Below, in pieces: positions 57,675 through 64,000 of a stretch of 64,000 bases of DNA. The DNA lies in the NCBI GenBank assembly GCA_003345595.1, contig PRDI01000049.1, forward strand, positions 26,294 through 90,293, written 5' to 3'. Position 1 is the stretch's first letter, and each line of letters starts with the position of its first letter. Below the pieces are notes generated by a model. That model searched no databases and was not told the DNA's origin. It worked only from the letters and a program-made list of their open reading frames with translations. A program made the translations under genes and the position numbers. The DNA is from Candidatus Thorarchaeota archaeon. Lineage in GTDB: Archaea; Asgardarchaeota; Thorarchaeia; Thorarchaeales; Thorarchaeaceae.

Positions 57675-58075
57675 GGTTCTTCAGCTCCATACGAAGACGA
57701 GGTACATTCCAATGTTGCGGATGGAACATATGGAGCGCGTGGAAGAGATAAGGCTACGTATTACGTGCAGGTATACTATGTCGTCAATCGAACGCAAGAT
57801 TGCTCATGCATACCTCTGGAATAGATGACCGAACACTTCGAACAGACAATAATTGGACTCTGGTGCTCACAGAAACGCGGGCTTAAATGGGGACCGGGGC
57901 CATCATCCTTCCGGTCCGCCATGAAACCAAGCATTACATTTCACGGCCGTCGGTGTCGAAATGAGGACGGCCCAGTTGCTGTAGCATGGTGGTTCTTCGA
58001 TCAATCGAAGCAGAAGAGAATGGGACTTCATTCAGTTTCATACGACCTTTCCCTTGGGCTGGGTGGTGAATGTGA

Positions 58076-58714
58076 TTGCGGCTGAGGGATCTGGAGATTG
58101 CTCTGCAGTCCATTGAGCGGCTCAGCGAACACGACGTCAATCTCGAGAGCTATCCCACACCACCAGTAGTAGCTGCCGCTGTACTCTTTGCCGCTCAGAT
58201 GGAACACGGCGACATAGCCAACAAGACAGTGTTCGATCTCGGGTGCGGGGATGGTGTGTTTGCCATCGGAGCTGCTCTGCTTGGAGCACAGCGAGTTGTA
58301 GGAGTCGATGTTCAAACCAAAGCCTTAAAGGTCTCTCAAAGAAACTCAGCCTCGCTCGGGACAGAAGGCACGACAGACTGGGTCCTGGGAGATGTCAACT
58401 CCTTAGAAGTAAGAGGATCCATTGACACTGTGGTGAGCAACCCGCCCTTCGGGGTAAAGAAGAGAGGGGCGGACCTGAAGTTCCTGAGGAAGGCAGTATC
58501 GATTGCGGGTGTGACCTATAGCATGCATCTCGCGATCGAGAAGAACCGTGTCTTCCTGAAGGAAGCGATAGAGGAACTCGGAGCAGTGGTGACACAGATT
58601 GAAACATTCGAGTTTCCGATTCCGAGAATCTACGACTTCCACAAGAAGGAGAAACACCTGATTGGTGTTGACCTCTACCGCATATGTAGGAGAGAGTGTG
58701 ACCAGAATGGCTGA
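58076..58714 (+). CDS. class I SAM-dependent RNA methyltransferase (COG2263/METTL5-like)
   Basis: VFDLGCGDGVFAIGA and catalytic VSNPPFG. Confidence 0.65.
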   Translation: MRLRDLEIALQSIERLSEHDVNLESYPTPPVVAAAVLFAAQMEHGDIANKTVFDLGCGDGVFAIGAALLGAQRVVGVDVQTKALKVSQRNSASLGTEGTTDWVLGDVNSLEVRGSIDTVVSNPPFGVKKRGADLKFLRKAVSIAGVTYSMHLAIEKNRVFLKEAIEELGAVVTQIETFEFPIPRIYDFHKKEKHLIGVDLYRICRRECDQNG

Positions 58715-59528
58715 TGTGAAGAGCGGCGATATCGTTGTCCCAGGAGACCGCCTATGTGTCATTGAGGAGCTGTCGCCCAGCGATGGCACTTATGAGAAAG
58801 AGGGAATTGTCTATGCCGCTGCGTCTGGGGGCGTCCATATCGATCTGAAAGACCGCAGCGTAAAGGTTCTCGACCATGGTGGAGCCACAAGGATTGCGCT
58901 CCCAGTCAGAGGCGATATTCTGGTAGGTGAGGTCGTAAATGTGTATGAGCAGCGGGCAGAGGTCAGTCTAGTGAAACGCAACGACGTGGATGTTCATAGC
59001 CCCTTCATTGGTGAGATACACATAAGCAACGTCACCCGCCGATACGTCAAGTCAATGCACGACGAAATCAGACTTGGCGACATCATACGTGGGATGGCAA
59101 TGAACACACATTCAATACCAGTGCAGCTCACGCTTGTCGGGCCCAACTTGGGCGTCCTGCTCGGCAAATGCTCGAAGTGCGGCAACCCGCTCACGCTCAC
59201 CACTCACAACAATCTGGTGTGCCTGAGTTGCGAGAATCGAGAAACCCGTGAGGTCGCAACCGACTATGGTCAGAGATTCGGTCTAGAGCCGCGTCCTGAC
59301 CTCGCGCCCAAGAGAAGGCCATATGATGAGCGACGGTACGACGAGGGTCGAACAGGCCGTGACCGTGAAGGCTATGGTGAAAGTCGTGGCCGGCGTGACC
59401 GTGAAGGCTACAATGAAGGCCGTGGTCGGCCTGGTCAGTTTCGCGAACGAACCAGAGGGTCGTCATACCGACCCAGTGACCGCAGGGGACAAGATGACGA
59501 CGGGCATGCCAGAGGAAGGAGGCGTTAG
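58707..59528 (+). CDS. csl4: exosome RNA-binding subunit Csl4 (S1 plus Zn-ribbon) with an Arg/Asp/Gly/Glu-rich C-terminal tail
   Basis: The S1 domain is VGEVVNVYEQRAEVSL...GEIHISNV. The Zn-ribbon is CSKCGNPL...CLSCENRE. It is followed by a ~90-aa tail DERRYDEGRTGRDREGYGESRGRRDREGYNEGRGR... Confidence 0.8.
   Translation: MADVKSGDIVVPGDRLCVIEELSPSDGTYEKEGIVYAAASGGVHIDLKDRSVKVLDHGGATRIALPVRGDILVGEVVNVYEQRAEVSLVKRNDVDVHSPFIGEIHISNVTRRYVKSMHDEIRLGDIIRGMAMNTHSIPVQLTLVGPNLGVLLGKCSKCGNPLTLTTHNNLVCLSCENRETREVATDYGQRFGLEPRPDLAPKRRPYDERRYDEGRTGRDREGYGESRGRRDREGYNEGRGRPGQFRERTRGSSYRPSDRRGQDDDGHARGRRR
59355..59426 (+). repeat. near-perfect tandem duplication (2 x ~36 nt) encoding the RDREGY(G/N)E(S/G)RGR repeat in the Csl4 tail
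   Basis: ggccgtgaccgtgaaggctatggtgaaagtcgt / ggccggcgtgaccgtgaaggctacaatgaaggccgt. Confidence 0.6.
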
Positions 59529-59566
59529 ATACGGAGATAAAAGTCATTGAGAACACAAAGTATCAG

Positions 59567-59830
59567 TTGGTAGCCGAGATACGCGGTGAAGGGCACTCAT
59601 TCTGCAATCTATTGCGTAAGACCCTCCTTGAAGAGGAGTCTGTGGAGTTCGCTGGCTACAACATCGATCACCCATTGCTTGCCAGTCCTGTGTTCACTCT
59701 GAGGACGAAGAGGCGCCAGGCAAATGTGGTTCTTAGAGAAGGCCTTGACAGGATGCTTGCAAGGACCGACGAATTTCGAAAGCGGTTTGAGCAGGCGGTT
59801 TCAGACCATGGCATCGACCAGAGCGCCTGA
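59567..59830 (+). CDS. rpoL: RNA polymerase subunit Rpo11 (RpoL)
   Basis: GEGHSFCNLLRKTLLEEESVEFAGYNIDHPL. Confidence 0.8.
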   Translation: MVAEIRGEGHSFCNLLRKTLLEEESVEFAGYNIDHPLLASPVFTLRTKRRQANVVLREGLDRMLARTDEFRKRFEQAVSDHGIDQSA

Positions 59831-59845
59831 GTCCGTCAGCTGTGG

Positions 59846-60328
59846 GTGAGTCAATTGGCTTGGGATCGCCTGACAGAGCACAAGAATATCCGTGACATTG
59901 TGAATGACAAGGGACTTGCCAAGCTCGGCGACAGCCTTGTGAATCTCTGCTATTCTCTGGCCAAGTCGATGGTCTTGGGGGACGTCACGGGAGAAAAAGT
60001 CCAGGACCGTGTGCTTGCACGAAGCATTCGTGCAGTCCCATTATACACGCAAATCGGACACAAGACGGACATTGGCCGCGCAGCCGATGCCTATGAGGCG
60101 ATTTTCGCTTGGCTCTGGCTGAAACGAAGGGTTTCAATCGAGGCCGCCGTTGACATTATTGTGAAGGCATTGCCAATTGGTCCAGAAACAGGGCGCAAGG
60201 AAGAGGGACAAGTCGCCTCTCATGCTTTCCAAGTCTTGCTTGAGCAGACTGCATCTCAGCTACCTTCTGATCCTCTTCACATTGATATGAGCCCACAAAA
60301 CGGATCACATCCAGTCAGCAATCCTTAA
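59846..60328 (+). CDS. Mini-RNase-III-like (RNase III domain) protein
   Basis: RNase III signature-like KGLAKLGDSLVNLCYSL (compare ERLEFLGDAxL) and second catalytic block AADAYEAIFAWLWL (compare SDAFEALIGAIYLD). 160 aa with no dsRBD, like bacterial Mini-III. Confidence 0.45.
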   Translation: MSQLAWDRLTEHKNIRDIVNDKGLAKLGDSLVNLCYSLAKSMVLGDVTGEKVQDRVLARSIRAVPLYTQIGHKTDIGRAADAYEAIFAWLWLKRRVSIEAAVDIIVKALPIGPETGRKEEGQVASHAFQVLLEQTASQLPSDPLHIDMSPQNGSHPVSNP

Positions 60329-60370
60329 CTGATGAAGTTCGCTTCGATGCCGGGCACGGGGTGCCACTAT

Positions 60371-60703
60371 ATGCAGTTCTGTGAGAAGTGTGGCGCATTG
60401 ATGGTTCCTACTGTTGGAGAGGGTGGAAAGAAGGTCTTGATGTGCCGTAGCTGTGGTCACACTATGGCAGTCAAGGGCGAACTGAAAGTTTCACAGAACG
60501 TGACTAGGACGCCTCGTGACAAGATTGTTGTTGTTGAAGACGAGTCTGTTCCGATGCCAAAGACGGCTGCTGTCTGTCCGTCATGTGGGAACACAGAGGC
60601 CTACTACTGGACTGTCCAGACTAGGCGCGGCGACGAAGGCGCCACAGAATTCTACAGATGCACAAAGTGCAAGCAGACTTGGCGGTACTATGGTGGTCGT
60701 TAA
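60371..60703 (+). CDS. tfs: transcription factor S (TFS/RpoM-like)
   Basis: N-terminal Zn-ribbon CEKCG...CRSCG. C-terminal TFIIS-type ribbon CPSCGNTEAYYWTVQTRRGDEGATEFYRCTKC with acidic RGDEG. Confidence 0.8.
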   Translation: MQFCEKCGALMVPTVGEGGKKVLMCRSCGHTMAVKGELKVSQNVTRTPRDKIVVVEDESVPMPKTAAVCPSCGNTEAYYWTVQTRRGDEGATEFYRCTKCKQTWRYYGGR

Positions 60704-60798
60704 ACGGTCCCTTTTCGCTCTCGCACACGGCCAGGGGTCGGACTGAATCGGTTTGCAGACGGACTCATACATTCTTATATCACGAGAATCAAGACTAG

Positions 60799-61215
60799 AT
60801 GACAGAGCACACAGCTCTGACGGATAATGACGGTGCGGACAGTTTGACTGAGGAGCAACGATTTCCCCGGACAGAACCTGCTAGACTCGTCACGATACGT
60901 AGTCTCTCCGCTAGAACGAAGGGCCCCGTGAGAATAATGTGTATAGTAGTAGATTCACGTCTTGGCACGGCACTTGTACAGGATATATATGACGAGGTGG
61001 GCAAGGCAAGACAGATCAAAGTTTCCGTCGAAGGATTGCTAGAGGTGGCTCAGAGATACATGCTGATAGGTGACATCACGGAGAAGAGTGCTCCCAACGG
61101 AAACGAGTTGATGCTCGCAGTCAGTCTGGTTTTTAACATCAACTCACTGAATCTTGAGGAATACAAGCAGGCGCTTGAACTGGAACAGAAGGTCTCTCAC
61201 ACACTAAGCAGATGA
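60799..61215 (+). CDS. hypothetical protein, possibly OB-fold nucleic-acid binding, upstream of pcna
   Basis: Alternating beta-strand pattern VRIMCIVVDSRLGTALVQD...IKVSVEG...YMLIGDI. No firm family assignment. Confidence 0.3.
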   Translation: MTEHTALTDNDGADSLTEEQRFPRTEPARLVTIRSLSARTKGPVRIMCIVVDSRLGTALVQDIYDEVGKARQIKVSVEGLLEVAQRYMLIGDITEKSAPNGNELMLAVSLVFNINSLNLEEYKQALELEQKVSHTLSR

Positions 61216-61228
61216 ATGGAGGCACTGA

Positions 61229-61984
61229 ATGATGTTTCATGCGACACTTGATAGCACCAAGACTTGGAAACAGATTGTGGACGCGCTCGCCACATTGCTG
61301 ACGGAAGTTCACTTTGTGGCGTCTGCAACGGGGTTCTCGTTGCGTCAGCTAGACTCGACTAAGGCTGCGATGATTGACCTTGTACTTCCCGCGGCAGTCT
61401 TCCAAGAGTACAGCTGCGAGGGAGAACATGATATCTGCCTCGGAATCGACGAGCTTACAAAAGTGAGCAAGAGAATGGCCAGTGACGACAAGCTAGAGTT
61501 CAACCTCAACGAAACAGAGCAGCGTTTTGAAATCAAGATGCTAGGTCAAGCCGAACGAGTGTTCAAACTTCAGATTCTTACGCCTCCCGAGGACAGGACT
61601 AAGAAGCCAGCTCTGTCGTTTGATGTGAGAGCCGAGATGTACGCAGAGGCTTTCAAACAGGCTGTGAAGGACATAGGTGTTGTTTCTAGCCATGTCAAGA
61701 TAGTTGCCCAGCCTGGTACAATCTCCTTCGTTGGAGAAGGAGATACAGGCGAAGCACAAGTTTCGCTGAAACTGGGCGAAGAGTCACTTCTCTACGATCT
61801 CAAGGTCGACAAGGAGAGTGCTTCCATGTATGCTCTCAACTATCTGTCTGAGATTGCCAAGGCGATGTCAAGTGACAGTCTTGCCCTGCAGTTCAGTTCT
61901 AACAAGCCCTTGATGATGGAGTTTGCCATTGCTGAAGGCGGCAGAATCAACTTCATCCTAGCTCCGCGTGTGGAACGGAGATAG
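61229..61984 (+). CDS. pcn: PCNA sliding clamp
   Basis: 251 aa; two-domain clamp pattern with an interdomain connecting loop. Confidence 0.9.
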   Translation: MMFHATLDSTKTWKQIVDALATLLTEVHFVASATGFSLRQLDSTKAAMIDLVLPAAVFQEYSCEGEHDICLGIDELTKVSKRMASDDKLEFNLNETEQRFEIKMLGQAERVFKLQILTPPEDRTKKPALSFDVRAEMYAEAFKQAVKDIGVVSSHVKIVAQPGTISFVGEGDTGEAQVSLKLGEESLLYDLKVDKESASMYALNYLSEIAKAMSSDSLALQFSSNKPLMMEFAIAEGGRINFILAPRVERR

Positions 61985-62133
61985 CCCCTGCGAGTGTGAA
62001 CTGTCGTTGTCGGTCACAAGAGGATTGCGATAATGGGCTCTGCAGCTCTCGAAGTGATTCTGCGTGGTCCATTGTTCGAGCATTCCGCTTGCTACCGAGC
62101 AGGAGTGACCGTTTCTTCGAGTTGATCCAGAGC

Positions 62134-63612
62134 ATGCCGACCCGCACAAAGGAAACAGACCTCAAGTTCTTGCAGCTGATGTTTCAAGACTACTACCGCA
62201 CACATCCGGATAAAGTGGATTCACCCAATCAGATTCAGATGCGTGAGTTCGCTACGGAGAGTTGGGACTACATCTGGCGCTGCCCTGAACGCGAGGTGGC
62301 CAACTCGTCTGGTCATAAGACTAAGATTGGCTGCGGACGGACCGGCAGGTCCTTCAAGAAGATACAGTCCTGTCCGAACTGTGGCTCCCCCGAGGTCCAA
62401 GCTACGAACTGGAGCCGTCATCTTGGTTTCCGAACTGCCGAAGCCCTTCGGAATGAGCTGATTGCATCTGCTCCTCACAGTGTCTATCACTCTGCCGCGT
62501 TCTACAACACCCCTGTCGCCAGGAGCATGGATGAGAAGGGGTGGCAGGGTGCAGAGCTTGTATTCGACATTGATGCCGACCACCTAGACTCTCCATGCTC
62601 CAGTATTCACGACGCTTGGAGATGTAACAACCCTGAGTGTCACGAGATCGGGACTGGCAATCCTCCCGAAACCTGCCCCAAGTGTGGTGGCCTCCGAAAG
62701 TGGAGTTGCGACAAATGCCACGAAGAAGGAAGGGAAGCACCACCAGAGATGCGCTGTCCCAAGTGTGGCAGTGAAAGAGTCAGCACACAACTGTGGGGTT
62801 TCAGCACGCGGAAGTGGGTGTGCGATAGGTGTCTTGGTGATGCCAAAAGATACACACTGAAGCTCTATGATGAATTCCTTGTGAACGATTTTGGCATCGA
62901 TCGTAGTTCCATCCAGCTGAACTACAGCGGCCATCGTGGGTATCACGTCCGTGTCAGAGACCCCAGAGTCTACAAACTGACGTCTGACGGACGAGTTGAG
63001 ATAGTCCATTACATAAACGGCGTTGGGTTCAACAGCGAGAAGTTCATTACTAAGATCTCGATGCCGCTTCCTTCGGGCGAAGTCCCTGGTTGGCCTCGAA
63101 AGATCACTGCTGCTATTGTGGAATTCATCAGGAACATTGATTCCTACGCTGGCAAGGAACGATGGATAGAGCCGCTGCGCAAACAGAGGGCTGCGGCAAT
63201 CGAGGGCCTTTTGAGGAAGCCACCCATCTTGAGCGGAAAGGTGGTGGGTGTCGGGTCCAAGTCTTGGCAGGAGATTGCTGCTCAGGCAGTCGCTTCTTAT
63301 GGCGGAAAGATAGACGTGCCAGTCACACACGACGTGCACAGGGTAATACGATTGATAGGTACTCTGAATGGGAAGACTGGCTTCACTGTAACCCCACTTA
63401 CTCGCGACCAGATTGATGACTTTGACCCATTCAGAGATGCCATAGGCCTCACGGAGGGATCGCTGAAGGTCAAGGTCAGTGGTGGCACAGCGAAGGTCCC
63501 TTCGTTCAGAATTGGAGAAACAGAGTACGGTCCGTATCAGGACGAGACTGTGGAACTGCCAATGGCGGCCGCAGTTTTCATGTTGTGTAAGGGTGTGGCG
63601 ACGATTGAGTGA
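62134..63612 (+). CDS. priS: DNA primase small (catalytic) subunit PriS with three Zn-ribbon-like CxxC pairs
   Basis: Catalytic ELVFDIDADHLD and YSGHRGYHVRV. Three CxxC...CxxC clusters: CPNCGSPE, CPKCGG...CDKCH, CPKCGSE...CDRC. Start set at the internal Met; the ORF is open from 61996. Confidence 0.7.
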   Translation: MPTRTKETDLKFLQLMFQDYYRTHPDKVDSPNQIQMREFATESWDYIWRCPEREVANSSGHKTKIGCGRTGRSFKKIQSCPNCGSPEVQATNWSRHLGFRTAEALRNELIASAPHSVYHSAAFYNTPVARSMDEKGWQGAELVFDIDADHLDSPCSSIHDAWRCNNPECHEIGTGNPPETCPKCGGLRKWSCDKCHEEGREAPPEMRCPKCGSERVSTQLWGFSTRKWVCDRCLGDAKRYTLKLYDEFLVNDFGIDRSSIQLNYSGHRGYHVRVRDPRVYKLTSDGRVEIVHYINGVGFNSEKFITKISMPLPSGEVPGWPRKITAAIVEFIRNIDSYAGKERWIEPLRKQRAAAIEGLLRKPPILSGKVVGVGSKSWQEIAAQAVASYGGKIDVPVTHDVHRVIRLIGTLNGKTGFTVTPLTRDQIDDFDPFRDAIGLTEGSLKVKVSGGTAKVPSFRIGETEYGPYQDETVELPMAAAVFMLCKGVATIE

Positions 63613-64000
63613 TACGGGTTATGACGAGATCAGCAAGTCTTGGCAGGCTGAGATAGAGAACAGTGAGCTTCAGGACTTGGAGGACCTGCGCTTGAGCAGA
63701 ATGGCGACCTACTTATCCAAGACGCGGCTATCTCTAGCAGAGATTCCTGCGAACGAAATTCTGCAGACCGACCTTCTGATGCAAGAGGTGCAGAATCTGG
63801 AGTTCATGCTGAATGACCTTCTCATGCTACGCAAGAAGAAGATTCTGAATGCAGCTCTCTCACAACGTCGGCCTCTTGGGACCATGACATTCGCCGAAGA
63901 AGAGTACTTCAACAGGGTACTTCGTGCCGTAGAGGGTCATCTGGAATCTACAAAGAGTGTCCTCGCAGGGGCACCCCTGCCTGAAGGCAAGATGCATGAC
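63604..64000 (+). CDS. gins51: GINS subunit Gins51 (Gins15), 3'-partial (continues beyond the window)
   Basis: N-terminal DEISKSWQAEIENSELQDLEDL...ATYL fits the Gins51 A-domain. The conserved priS-gins51 adjacency supports it. Probable TTG start overlapping the priS stop. Confidence 0.45.

Noticed and set aside
57825-58085. 86-aa ORF in the cdc6-methyltransferase intergenic region
   Set aside because: Gly/Trp-rich odd composition and no motifs. The region is better explained as non-coding origin or promoter DNA.
1-64000. CRISPR arrays, IS elements, integrases, rRNA genes
   Set aside because: No regularly spaced direct repeats, no transposase or integrase-like ORFs and no rRNA-like conserved stretches were seen. 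Five tRNA genes were found by eye; others may have been missed.

Overview
This 64-kb window is archaeal chromosomal DNA, densely coded with information-processing genes. Replication and repair genes are two Orc1/Cdc6 paralogs, MCM, a GINS-like gene upstream of mcm plus a partial Gins51 at the 3' edge, RFC large and small subunits, PCNA, PriS, the PolD small subunit DP1, Hel308, NurA-HerA, a degenerate RecJ/Cdc45-like gene and an HD phosphohydrolase. Transcription and RNA-processing genes are TFB, TFS, RpoL, Csl4, Sm, FAU-1, Kae1-Bud32-Pcc1 (KEOPS), TruA, a Trm11-like methyltransferase, LigT and a Mini-RNase-III-like gene. Ribosomal proteins S15 and S3Ae, CTP synthase, KorA, an HDAC and a phosphomannomutase are also present. 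Five tRNA genes were found by eye (Glu, Gly, Pro, Leu, Ser). All five appear to carry introns and four sit at non-canonical positions; tRNA-Pro has two. Promoters carry the archaeal TTTATAT-type TATA box about 30 bp upstream. Heavy non-canonical tRNA splicing together with PolD suggests a TACK/Thermoproteota-lineage archaeon that is not Thermoproteales sensu stricto (Thaum-, Aig-, Bathy- or Korarchaeota-like); this is inference. The left 9.5 kb is the accessory-looking part. It holds a 1272-aa membrane-anchored HerA/VirB4-like ATPase with a long novel C-terminal extension, a 660-aa glycosylation-sequon-rich surface protein, an intron-containing tRNA-Glu, a Flp-like pilin and a VirB11/FlaI/TadA-type secretion ATPase. 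I read this as a candidate T4SS-like/Ced-Ted-like DNA-transfer or pilus locus and rate it the most interesting feature. Other points worth a second look are a roadblock-roadblock-unknown-MglA-like GTPase operon, a Mini-RNase-III-like gene inside the conserved csl4-rpoL-tfs-pcna-priS-gins51 superoperon, Csl4 with an Arg-rich tandem-repeat tail, PriS with three Zn-ribbon-like CxxC pairs, an orphan korA overlapped antisense by a stop-less surface-protein ORF, and two candidate replication origins next to the Orc1/Cdc6 genes.
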